Source: Promethearchaeota archaeon (GTDB taxonomy: Archaea > Asgardarchaeota > Thorarchaeia > Thorarchaeales > Thorarchaeaceae). From it: 32,000 bases of DNA. Where the stretch lies: positions 52,925-84,924 of the forward strand of contig JALVPN010000165.1 in the NCBI GenBank assembly GCA_027031765.1, read 5' to 3'. Positions 1 to 9,179 of the stretch are shown piece after piece. Below the pieces are notes generated by a model, which was not told where the DNA came from, searched no databases, and worked only from the letters and a program-made list of their open reading frames with translations. A program made the translations under genes and the position numbers. Position 1 is the stretch's first letter. Each line of letters begins with the position of its first letter.

Positions 1-2
1 TG

Positions 3-62
3 GATGATGAAATCAGGGAACTGATACTACAAATTGATGATGTACTTGGCCAGTCATCGTAA
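3..62 (+). CDS. Possible 3' end of a gene entering from the left (…DDEIRELILQIDDVLGQSS*)
   Basis: Frame 3 is open from the window edge to TAA at 60-62 and reads like an amphipathic helix. Too short to identify. Confidence 0.35.
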   Translation, partial: DDEIRELILQIDDVLGQSS

Positions 63-571
63 CCACTGGGTTTCCTACAATCTATGCCAAGAGTCGAACC
101 GGATTCCAACGGCCTCCACTCGGTTCAAATGTTAGGGCACGCGCGTATCAACTTGGGAGAGCACCGACCACCAAGTTCGGTGTTGAGTGTTGCAAAGAGA
201 ACACAGTTTGGGACGGTACAAGCCTACTCAAACCTACTCGTACCGGGTTCCTAAATGTCCAGGCCTAGGCGTGGAGTCCGTCCGAACCAGTGAACAGCTG
301 TTTCCACTTGTTGTGTTCTGTCGTTGTCCGGCTCATTATGCGATTGCCAATGCAGCCTAGCGGCGGCCCTGAGATTCCCCGACGCACGGCCCCATTGCCT
401 TAGGTGGATTGGTTCTGTTGGGCACATGCATGTGCCCTTGCCCTCTTGGTCATTCTACGGAGAAACATGCATCAACACTTGCTACCCGGTCGCACTTCTG
501 GTTTTGTTCATTGTTCCCAGCTGAACGGAACAAGACCATTCATGGTGGAGTTTCAGAGCCATAGCAGTGAA

Positions 572-2329
572 TCACTTCCAGCGCTTCCTTGCGTACTCAA
601 CAATCTTCCTTAGGTCATCGATGCCAGTCGTTCTAGCCCCTTCTCTGATATACAGAATCTTCTTCTGTTTCTTCAGCATCAAGACCGGTTCATCTGCCGG
701 TCTTACGTCAACACGACAGATTTCTTTGTCGTCAACTTGTGGAAACGTGGTGCGGAAAAACTGTCGGAACATACCTTGGACTTGGCTGTTGAACTTCTGA
801 GTCAAGGATCTGTCAAAGGTATCGGAGCTTGGTTCGTGATGAAAGCAGGAGTAGTCTCGCTCTAGGCCAAGTATCTCCCCGTCATTCCCGACTCCGATAA
901 GGAGTACACCGCCATCCGAGTTCATGAATGCGCAGATTGTCTTTATCACGGGGTCGTATAATTCACTATTCTTCCCTTGGAGATTGTAGTCCCACAACAT
1001 CGATGACTTGAACTCGATGAACTGGGACTCCCCCATCTCTATCAACTCCTCGACAGTGGCCCGTTGGACTCTCTCAAGTGATGGTGCCCTTGGCCTTGTG
1101 TAGAGGTACAGTGCCGCGCATAGCACGGCAAGTGCCACGCTCCACTCGATGACGCGGTAGACAACCATTTGCAGCCTGGTTGTGGGCAAGAATGACTTGG
1201 GCACTCTGATAATGTATCCGTTCGTCGTTCCAAGATATAGATGGCCACGATCGTATCCCGGAATGAGGATTGACTCAAGAACTTCAGGATACCGGCCCAT
1301 TGTGAGCTCTTCCCTGCTAATCATTGGAGTGACTGACTGGGCATTGTCATCCAAGTCGATGTATGCAAGTCCCAATGCTGTGACCACATACAACCGCTTG
1401 AGGTCTACATCGATGTCAATAGCGTTCACAACTCTCGATGGCAATCCGTCATCACTCGTCAGGCGAGAACGAACTAACGTTGCGCTAGTTCCGTTCTCGT
1501 CGAAGATGAATAGTCCCTCATTTGTCCCTATGTAGATTCTATGGGTGAGTTGGTAGTAGTCTATGCAACTGACACTTAGAGGGTTCCCTACATCGTCTTG
1601 GATATGGCTGAAGTTCACGCCGGTTCTCAGATTGAAGAACGCAAAACCCCTGCCTGTGCCAGCAAGAAGGCAGTCACCACGCACTTTGAGCGACCGTACA
1701 TTGTTTGAGGGCAGACCATTCTCAGTTGTGATGTTTCGGGTTTGATACGTGGATGGAGCGTACTCAACAACCCCGATCTGCTCGCTTCCAAGGTACAATA
1801 CGGTGTCTGATCCATTACGGAATGTTTCAATGTCCCGAAACTCTACGTCCTCTCCTATGTTTGGGATTCGGATGGGATCGAATACTACTCGCTGGTTCTC
1901 ATAGGACCAGTGCATCCAATAGGCTCCTCCATCTGGTCCATCCGTGACCACGTAGCTTAGCCATCTATCCCATGTTGTTCCCATATCGTATACTCTGCTG
2001 CCACCTGTTGCACTGTCAACTGAATGAGGCCCAGATACAGAGTTGTTAGAGAGGTTGACATAGTAGAGACCGCCTATTCCGTTGAAGGCTATCATAGACT
2101 CGGCAGCATCGAGGAATATCATTGGCCTGATGCTGTACCCCGGGAAACCATTATCTACATGTGTCCACTGCAGGTCCTCAGAGGCTGGCTGAACAAGCCA
2201 TCGGTCAACACTGGCCGTAGCAGGGAATACCACCATGAATACTATCACAAGCCTGAGGAATCGCTTGTCAGACCTTAGTTCTCCGAGTTTCGCAAACACT
2301 CCTCCTTGTGCTTTTGTTCTGCCCATCAT
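572..2329 (-). CDS. Receptor-like membrane protein: N-terminal export signal/anchor, beta-propeller ectodomain, TM helix, C-terminal Schlafen/AlbA_2 domain
   Basis: Hydrophobic RFLRLVIVFMVVFPATAS; two-component-regulator-propeller-like repeats ITTENGLPSNNVRSL and LTSDDGLPSRVVNAI; TM VIEWSVALAVLCAALYLY; AlbA_2 motifs LIEMGESQFIEFKSS and IKTICAFMNSDGGVLLIGVGNDGEILGLE. Start placed at ATG 2329, which overlaps the upstream TGA (ATGA). The track ORF starts at 2389. Confidence 0.85.
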   Translation of the reverse strand: MMGRTKAQGGVFAKLGELRSDKRFLRLVIVFMVVFPATASVDRWLVQPASEDLQWTHVDNGFPGYSIRPMIFLDAAESMIAFNGIGGLYYVNLSNNSVSGPHSVDSATGGSRVYDMGTTWDRWLSYVVTDGPDGGAYWMHWSYENQRVVFDPIRIPNIGEDVEFRDIETFRNGSDTVLYLGSEQIGVVEYAPSTYQTRNITTENGLPSNNVRSLKVRGDCLLAGTGRGFAFFNLRTGVNFSHIQDDVGNPLSVSCIDYYQLTHRIYIGTNEGLFIFDENGTSATLVRSRLTSDDGLPSRVVNAIDIDVDLKRLYVVTALGLAYIDLDDNAQSVTPMISREELTMGRYPEVLESILIPGYDRGHLYLGTTNGYIIRVPKSFLPTTRLQMVVYRVIEWSVALAVLCAALYLYTRPRAPSLERVQRATVEELIEMGESQFIEFKSSMLWDYNLQGKNSELYDPVIKTICAFMNSDGGVLLIGVGNDGEILGLERDYSCFHHEPSSDTFDRSLTQKFNSQVQGMFRQFFRTTFPQVDDKEICRVDVRPADEPVLMLKKQKKILYIREGARTTGIDDLRKIVEYARKRWK

Positions 2330-3228
2330 ACAGCCCCCAGAAACCATAGAACAGCATAGGTTGCATTTATCGTGGCATGTAGAGCCCATGGTTGTGTCAG
2401 GTTCTCAGACAAAAGCCACACCATACCCAGCAGAATCCCTAGCCCAAACCTCGTTATGAACGCCGCAAGAACCGAACCTACCGGATCGAAGATATTACCA
2501 ACGTACTGGGCGTTAGTGAACAGATGACAAACCGCAAAGAGAGAAGAAGCTAGCAACAGCCCTATGGGCTTGCTCCGGAATCTCTCGGACAGGCGCTGTT
2601 GGACTATAGCCCTGTTGACCAGCTCCTCGACAAATCCAATAATGACCCCTCCGTAGACCACTAGTCCCATGAGCCCGACTAATCGCTCAGGGCTGGCAAG
2701 GGTTGGGAATTGGTCAATGACCGGCAACAATCGAATTCCAAAGGATATCATGATTACTACCAGCAGGAAGATAGGCAGGCTACTGGTCCTCCAAGGTTCT
2801 CCACCTCGGATTCCCAGTGATTCCAATGAGTAGCCAAAACCACGCCAGAAGATCACGGCAATCGCCAGACCTGTAAGGAGAATGGCAATGCTGGCAGAAA
2901 GGATGTCAAGGCTTGGAAAGAAACTGAAGAACCACCATCCAACATCGAGATAGATCACTAAAGCGAGTACTGCCTCTTCAATAGGGTTTCTAGACAGCTT
3001 CTCAGGTCGCTTCAGGTGCTGGCTGTGACTCCACAGAAGTGCGCTGCATCCAATGACATTCAATGCCCCAAGCACGACAATGTATGATTCAGAATACATG
3101 ATTGCATATGCCAAACTCGAGGATGTCACCAGAGCCGCCAAGAGAATGATCGCCTTGATATCGCGAGGGTTCAGTTGAGTTTGTTGCTCCTCTGCCACCT
3201 TCGTCACCCCTGCTGGGTGACCCCCCAT
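2326..3228 (-). CDS. CPBP (CAAX protease/Abi) family intramembrane glutamic endopeptidase
   Basis: Multiple TM helices and all three family motifs: FVEELVNR (EExxxR), FAVCH (FxxxH), HATIN (HxxxN). Start uncertain: ATG 3228, GTG 3198 behind GGGGTGA, or 3318. Confidence 0.9.
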   Translation of the reverse strand: MGGHPAGVTKVAEEQQTQLNPRDIKAIILLAALVTSSSLAYAIMYSESYIVVLGALNVIGCSALLWSHSQHLKRPEKLSRNPIEEAVLALVIYLDVGWWFFSFFPSLDILSASIAILLTGLAIAVIFWRGFGYSLESLGIRGGEPWRTSSLPIFLLVVIMISFGIRLLPVIDQFPTLASPERLVGLMGLVVYGGVIIGFVEELVNRAIVQQRLSERFRSKPIGLLLASSLFAVCHLFTNAQYVGNIFDPVGSVLAAFITRFGLGILLGMVWLLSENLTQPWALHATINATYAVLWFLGAV

Positions 3229-3343
3229 CTCCCCAAAGAAAAAGCTTGTGCGTCTGAAGCAGCACCATACAGCTCTCGAGTTGGTGGTCTGGCGAGTCTT
3301 CCCGTGCAAAGGACTCAAATACTAAGGCAGCTTAGTACTAATC

Positions 3344-4705
3344 ATGATTAGTAAATTCATCGACCGTGACGCCGAGCTCTCTCTGCTTGAAAAGGAGTGG
3401 AGGGGGCATGGTGGGAAGCTCTTGGTCCTGTACGGTCGAAGGCGGGTTGGCAAGACCAGACTCCTAGCTGAGTTCGTCCAAGGAAAGGATGGCGTGTTCT
3501 ATATTGCGAGCGACTCATCACCGCAAGTCCAGATTGAAGAGCTCAAGACGAGAGTTGCGGACTTCCTCAACGATGCGTTGCTGAGAGACCTTGAACTCAA
3601 GAACTGGGAGCAGTTCTTTGAGTATCTTACGAGGAATCTGCCGTCCAAGAGGTTCTATCTCATACTGGATGAGTTCTCCTATCTTGTCAAGAGCGATCGG
3701 ACGATTATCAGTGTTTTGCAAAGGGTATGGGACAGAGTCTTGTCAAATTCCAAGGTCTTCTTGGTACTGTGTGGATCGGTAATGGGCCTAATGAGGGATG
3801 AGGTGCTCTCCTCGGCATCTCCTCTGTATGGTCGGCGAACAAGGGACATCCTACTGAGGGACTTGCCATTCAAGCACGCAAGAGAGTTTGTTTCCTTCCC
3901 GTTTGCGGAGGCAATGCAGCTGTACTTTGCAGTTGGCGGCGTACCGGAGTATCTGCAGAAGGCATCAGAGTACCACAGCATGAATGAGTTTCTCAGCCGG
4001 GAGTTCTTCAGCACCACGGGATACTTCTATCGCGAGCCGTATTTCATAGTGTCACAGGAGTTCAGGGAGCTGAGAATCTACTTCTCGATTCTCAATGCTA
4101 TTGCCACCGGGAGAACACGCCCGACCGACATAGCCAACTTTGTGGGGATTAACGCCCGAAGCGTATATCCGTACCTGGAGGGGCTCATTCGGATGGACTT
4201 TGTCAAGCGGGAGATACCCGTTCTTGGGAGCCCCAAGCGAGGCGTCTACCGGATCAAGGACTCCCTCCTTGACTTTTGGTTCGGCTTTGTCTTTGGCCAT
4301 CGGGATGAGATTGAGCGGGGCTCACTGAACCTAGACAACCTGGATCTGTCAGCCTACTATGGGAGGCGATTCGAGGAGTTCGTGAGGAGTGAGGTCGTCC
4401 ACCTGCTGTTCAACTACACCAAGATGGGACGATGGTGGCATCGTGGTGAGGAGATCGACATTGTTGCGGTGAACGACTCTGCCAATGAGATACTCTTCTG
4501 TGAGTGCAAGTGGAGCGACCTCAAGAAGAGGGAGGCCGAGCAACTCATTCAGGGCTTGCAGCAAAAGGCGAGGCTCGTGAGCTGGGGCACGGAATCAAGG
4601 GTGGAGAGATTTGGCGTGGTCGCACGTAGAGTGCGGGGAAAGGAGGGCCTCCGAAGTCAGGGCTATGTCGTGTACGATCTGCAGGACATCAAGAGTGTGC
4701 TGTAA
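3344..4705 (+). CDS. Archaeal AAA ATPase with winged-helix and C-terminal DUF234 PD-(D/E)XK domain
   Basis: KFIDRDAEL, Walker A YGRRRVGKT, Walker B LILDEF, C-terminal WWHRGEEIDIVAV…FCECKW. Confidence 0.92.
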   Translation: MISKFIDRDAELSLLEKEWRGHGGKLLVLYGRRRVGKTRLLAEFVQGKDGVFYIASDSSPQVQIEELKTRVADFLNDALLRDLELKNWEQFFEYLTRNLPSKRFYLILDEFSYLVKSDRTIISVLQRVWDRVLSNSKVFLVLCGSVMGLMRDEVLSSASPLYGRRTRDILLRDLPFKHAREFVSFPFAEAMQLYFAVGGVPEYLQKASEYHSMNEFLSREFFSTTGYFYREPYFIVSQEFRELRIYFSILNAIATGRTRPTDIANFVGINARSVYPYLEGLIRMDFVKREIPVLGSPKRGVYRIKDSLLDFWFGFVFGHRDEIERGSLNLDNLDLSAYYGRRFEEFVRSEVVHLLFNYTKMGRWWHRGEEIDIVAVNDSANEILFCECKWSDLKKREAEQLIQGLQQKARLVSWGTESRVERFGVVARRVRGKEGLRSQGYVVYDLQDIKSVL

Positions 4706-5700
4706 CCATTGACCCATCACGTTTCGGGAGGATGCGTTTCACGCATGGCCTATGCTCCCCGCTATCCGCAAGAACATACAGTATCACCCCCTATCCTCAC
4801 TGTTGAGCTGCACAACACGCATTGGGGCAAGTGACCTCAGTCCACATGGCGGTGAGATTGAGAATCGGGAGCTACGCCTCCAGAATTGTTTCTGAGAGTC
4901 GTGGCAAGTCCTTCAACTTTGACAAGCGTTGAATTGCCGAGTCCGACCTCCACACAGTTGAAGTGGAACACAATGGTCAGTCTTGGTATCTGCAGGTATG
5001 TCTTCCGGTGGGCTCGTCGCTTGATGGATATGTTCGTCTTCTCAAGCCACCTATCACTACTGGTCCAATCCAACAGATTCTGACGAAGTCTATGAAGGTC
5101 AATCCAGTGAGTGGTTCACGAACACTCTACATTTGCGAGATTCGAGTCTGCAGCACAGATGCTCAAGGCAGAGTCCACTGTCACCAAGTGAAGTTCAGTG
5201 AGCCGTATCCCCCCACTTTGAGCCTCCTGTTGCCGGCTATGGTACAACATGGGGATGGTTCACCCTGCCGCTACTGACGTGTGGTCTTCCCGCGTGTCCA
5301 GAAAACCAGTATGCGGCCACACAGTACACACTAGGTGGGGTCACCGCCTGCGACGCGCGACACGGGCCATAGGCCCCAGATATACCCGCTCACTCCACCC
5401 GGCCACCGGTGTGACCGTCCTCCGTGCCTCCAACAAACATATCCAACACCACTACCATGGTCACACCTCCTGCAAGACCGTTGTCCATAATACGCTCCAC
5501 TACCATGTTAAGACTCTCGTACGGGGGCTCGTGGGCGTCCACTGGGGCTGGTAGGCCAGAACCGACACGGATGCGCAACAGGGGGCGAAGCACAGACAGA
5601 AGAGCACTCAGACCAAGTGCCACGTGGGCGCTCTGCCTCGCCCTTGCTACTGTGTGACCACACAGGCGGGTAGATGGTGGATTGGTGTCAAGTGGCTGTT

Positions 5701-5940
5701 TCACCTCGGATCCCGGACTGGATTGTCGAGTGGAGCGCCCCCAGTGGGCCCCTCCCTGTGCGCCCATCCGCTCGCCCAGGCCGAGGCCGGGCTCTCGCCC
5801 TCACAGACACGCAAGCCAGTCATGTATGTCGCCCAGATGAGCAGCAGCGCACCATACTCCTCCGCACCGATAACCCGCAACCGGTCGCCCGCACTCCGCA
5901 GCACCCGAACCGCCCCCTCCAGCACCGCTACCGCACCGGC
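5701..5940 (-). pseudogene. Tyrosine recombinase/integrase remnant (first catalytic Arg box only)
   Basis: GALLLIWATYMTGLRVCE resembles the (L)LLY.TGLR.SE box. No HxxR or Tyr motif found downstream, and no upstream part of the gene. Confidence 0.4.
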
Positions 5941-6240
5941 ATGGTCACCACTCTCCCACTGACCGGGTCGTGTGCCAGCCTCCCAAGCCTCACCTCGAAC
6001 CGCTTCAGTTTTCTCAGAGTCTCCATGAAACGCTCGTGATTGCAGAATCTTCTACGCTCCTGTTCTGTTGGCGTTTCACCCTGGTATGGCATGCAATCGT
6101 AAACGTATGTCCTCAGACGTTCAAAGCCTTCACACACCGCTTCAGAGAACTTCACGAAATCGATACGCGGCTCATTGAAACAGTGCTTGAGAACCTTCGC
6201 AAAAAAACCCCAAATCTATCATGACTGCTGCCCGGTCCAA
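5928..6240 (-). pseudogene. NYN (LabA/DUF88-like PIN-fold RNase) gene, frameshifted and 3'-truncated
   Basis: DRAAVMIDLGFF continues as AKVLKHCFNEPRIDFVKFSEAVCEGFERLRTYVYDCMPYQ…FEVRLGRL after a shift at a T7 run (A7 on the + strand, 6201-6207). The expected QKxVD/SGDxD half is absent. Confidence 0.8.
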
Positions 6241-6452
6241 CCGCTGTTGTCCTCTAATGATATCTGACCGCCGCCCTCTCGAACGACAGCACGAATTTTC
6301 TGTGGCGCGTTGTTGGCGCCCTGACTTAAAGGTCATTGCTGCTGAGTATCTGACGAATTCATTGCTGACACACATGGCTCCGGACTGTGCTGCTGACGGT
6401 TGTCCATCATGTCAGTCACAGGGGCAGTCTGCATCATGTCTGGCTGTGGGAA

Positions 6453-6686
6453 CTATGCATCTGTGGTCTCAAACCTGAGATGCACCGTTCCCCCACAGTA
6501 CGGACACTCAGCGCTTGTTGGCCCCGTCCACCGAACAGTCTTGGTACTGATCTTGGCGCAACAACTTGTGCAGTATGCCGGGATGTGTGGTATCACAATC
6601 ATTGGCTCTCTGCCCTTGGCAGGGGTCACGGTCCTACTCCTCACGCCCCTCGCTCTCGACTCTCTTCTTCGTCCGCCGCAGCCCAT
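6453..6686 (-). CDS. Small Zn-ribbon protein (77 aa)
   Basis: MGCGGRRR…IPAYCTSCCAKISTKTVRWTGPTSAECPYCGGTVHLRFE has two CxxC pairs. ATG lies 4 nt after the stop of the upstream gene. Confidence 0.65.
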   Translation of the reverse strand: MGCGGRRRESRARGVRSRTVTPAKGREPMIVIPHIPAYCTSCCAKISTKTVRWTGPTSAECPYCGGTVHLRFETTDA

Positions 6687-6690
6687 TGTC

Positions 6691-7674
6691 CTATCGGTCT
6701 GACGCGAGCCGCCGCTTCGCGATGACCGCCACAAAGACGATGGCACCCGCTGCTACGACAGTTCCTGCAGTGACGGGACCAAGCATTGGGTTGGTGATCT
6801 CACTAGTGTTGTTTGCTGTCGTTGTGTCTGTTGTTTCGGTCGATGTTGTGGTGCTGTTCGTGGTCACAGTGTCCCATATGGACTGCTGGAGAATGAAGAG
6901 CAGCGTCCCATTTGACGTATAGTGAAAGTATGTCGGCCAAGCCTGTATGCTCTCATGATCCTGTGCTGTGAGGTTGAATGCTGCAACGGACCATGTTGGC
7001 CTCAAGAGCATCTCCTTTGTGTAGAAAGGTGCCTTGTATATGCAGAACATGGTCGCCGACTCCGTCGGGTCAGTGAGATACTCTGGGTCCGCACCCGGAT
7101 AGTACATCGGATAGCCCGGAAGTGGTCTGTGAGTGGTCGGACTGATGAGCACCAGTGAACGAATCCTTGCCTCGGCCAATGTAGTCCTGAGAACCTCTAC
7201 GTGAGAGCACTCCAGATCATCCAGTGTGACTGTCTGGGTCCTGACCACTCTCCTAGTCAGGGTCCCATTGTCTTGAGAACAGCGGTACGTCACGATCAGT
7301 TCGATGAAGTACGTCTGATTGAAGCCCCATACAAACAAGGGATGTTCTCCAGGCAGAGAGTAGCCTGCAATCTCAAAACCCGAGCTCAAGTGGGAGAGTG
7401 GCCGAACTGCATCAACAAGTGACTGGTTGGTCATCAGGTCTGGTACTCTCTCTTCCATCATTTCCGTCACATTAACTACTTCGTACTCATACGACGCTCC
7501 GTCTATGGTGATATTGAGCGAGGCTGAAGGCCCCACTTCTGCTGTGTCACAGTATGTGCCATCAACTGTATGCATTGACTCCGAAGCGACGGGATACGGC
7601 AGAATGGTGGTTAAGGTCAACACCAGAGCAAACATGAGTGCAATAGCCCATTGTCTGTACACGTACACTCGCAT
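6691..7674 (-). CDS. Secreted, C-terminally membrane-anchored hypothetical surface protein (paralog A)
   Basis: Signal peptide, many NxS/T sequons, Thr-rich linker, C-terminal TM plus basic tail (VAVIAKRR). Clearly paralogous to 8178-9173. Confidence 0.9.
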   Translation of the reverse strand: MRVYVYRQWAIALMFALVLTLTTILPYPVASESMHTVDGTYCDTAEVGPSASLNITIDGASYEYEVVNVTEMMEERVPDLMTNQSLVDAVRPLSHLSSGFEIAGYSLPGEHPLFVWGFNQTYFIELIVTYRCSQDNGTLTRRVVRTQTVTLDDLECSHVEVLRTTLAEARIRSLVLISPTTHRPLPGYPMYYPGADPEYLTDPTESATMFCIYKAPFYTKEMLLRPTWSVAAFNLTAQDHESIQAWPTYFHYTSNGTLLFILQQSIWDTVTTNSTTTSTETTDTTTANNTSEITNPMLGPVTAGTVVAAGAIVFVAVIAKRRLASDR

Positions 7675-7680
7675 ATCCTC

Positions 7681-8085
7681 CTAGTACCGGTTTGGCCCTA
7701 CGTAGGCCACCATGTGCCTGACATCGCCGCCGTACCTGGGGTGGACGGGGTTGTACTGAGATGGGAGAAGAAGCCCGTCTGTGGGATCCTTGTCGTATGG
7801 GGAGTTGGATTGACCGTCGAGGCCATCGTCAAGGCAAGACCATATCTGGAAGAACCTGTAGCCAAAGTTCACACGGTAGTATGCTGTCTGGTTCCAGAGG
7901 TGAAGCGTGGGATCCGCGTGGATCCATGTCCACTCTGAGCCATCATGCTGTTCCCACGTATTCCAGAACCAATCAAACTCCTGCGGGTCGTATGAGTCCC
8001 AGCCCCACAAGGTGAGAGAACTCAACCAGTTGCTGTCCAGCACTGTCTTCGTCTTTCTCTCCACGTTTATCTGAATGGCGGTCAC
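7681..8085 (-). pseudogene. C-terminal fragment of a second transglutaminase-like gene copy
   Basis: From WGWDSYDPQEFDWFWN onward it aligns with the C-terminus of 9180-10758 (offset 1499 nt). It keeps WIHADPT but lacks the Cys and His motifs. The first ~25 codons are unrelated. Confidence 0.75.
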
Positions 8086-8177
8086 TTCACACCGCTCCTA
8101 TACCACAATGCACAGTTGTGTTCGCCAGTGGACTCACCTGACATTGCGTGGCCTATGAGTGCAATGGTACTGCAGCG

Positions 8178-9173
8178 TCATGAGTTTCCTCGCCTCGACC
8201 TTGCCAGTATTGCGACTGCCATGAAGGTGACGGCCACTGAAACAGTTCCTACAATGACGGGATTAGGCAATGGGTTGACAATCTCACTAGTGTTGTTTGC
8301 TGTTGTTCTGTCTGTTGTTTCGGTTGATGTTGTGGTATCACTTGTTGTTGTGGTACAATTCGTGACTGGTGGGCAGAGTGGAATCTGTTCAAGGATAAGG
8401 AGTAACGTTCCGTTTGATGTATAGATGAAGAGTACTGGCCAAGCTCTTGTGTTGTTGTCTAGTGGTGCCGTGAGGTTGTAAGCCATGACAAACCATGTCG
8501 GTTCAAGAAACATCTCCTTTGTGAAGAAGGACGCCCTGTACATGCAGGCCCAACCCCACTCACTCGGGTCGGTGAGGTTCCCTGGGTCACGGCCGAGCTC
8601 GTAGAGTGGGTAGCCTGGAAGAGGTCTGTGAGTGATTGGACTGACGAGCTCTAGCGAACGATTCCTTGCCTCGACCAATGTAGTCCTGAGAATCTCTATG
8701 TGAGAGCACTCTAAATCATCCAGCGTGATTGTCTGGATTCCAACCACTCTCCGTACAAAGCTCCCGTTGTCTTCGGAACAGCGGTACGTTACTACCAGCT
8801 CGATGAAGTCTGTCTGATTGAACCCCCATACGGAGATGGTGTGTTCACCTGGCCAGTAGTAGCCCGTACCTGCAAAGCCAGAACTCATGCCTGAGAGTGG
8901 CCGAACTGCATCAACAAGTGACTGGTTGGTCATCAGGTCTGGTACTCTCTCTTCCATCATTTCCGTCACATTAACTACTTCGTACTCATACACTGTTCCG
9001 TTTATGGTGATGTTGAGCGAGGGCGAAATGCCCGTGTCTGCCTCGCCACTCTCCTTGCCACCGCTTGTTGGGGGTGAATCTGGGGCAACGGGATATGGTG
9101 AAACGGCAGCCAATGCCAATAGTAGAGTAACCATGAGCACCGCAACCGGGTATCTGAGTATGTACATTAACAC
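8178..9173 (-). CDS. Secreted, C-terminally membrane-anchored hypothetical surface protein (paralog B)
   Basis: Same architecture as 6691-7674, with shared blocks such as YEYEVVNVTEMMEERVPDLMTNQSLVDAVRPLS. Confidence 0.9.
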   Translation of the reverse strand: MLMYILRYPVAVLMVTLLLALAAVSPYPVAPDSPPTSGGKESGEADTGISPSLNITINGTVYEYEVVNVTEMMEERVPDLMTNQSLVDAVRPLSGMSSGFAGTGYYWPGEHTISVWGFNQTDFIELVVTYRCSEDNGSFVRRVVGIQTITLDDLECSHIEILRTTLVEARNRSLELVSPITHRPLPGYPLYELGRDPGNLTDPSEWGWACMYRASFFTKEMFLEPTWFVMAYNLTAPLDNNTRAWPVLFIYTSNGTLLLILEQIPLCPPVTNCTTTTSDTTTSTETTDRTTANNTSEIVNPLPNPVIVGTVSVAVTFMAVAILARSRRGNS

Positions 9174-9179
9174 ATCCTC

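Noticed and set aside
85-135. GGTTCAAAT (+) and GGTTCGACTC (-) resemble tRNA T-loops, within a GAACCG…CGGTTC inverted repeat
   Set aside because: T-stems pair poorly and no D arm, anticodon arm or acceptor stem could be built.
324-613. Short track ORFs 324-524 and 404-613
   Set aside because: No motifs, atypical composition, no clear RBS.
5390-5767. 125-aa minus-strand ORF and the short CCACTACCATG repeat (~5448 and ~5497)
   Set aside because: Low-information GC-rich sequence with no recognisable family. The repeat is too short to be significant.
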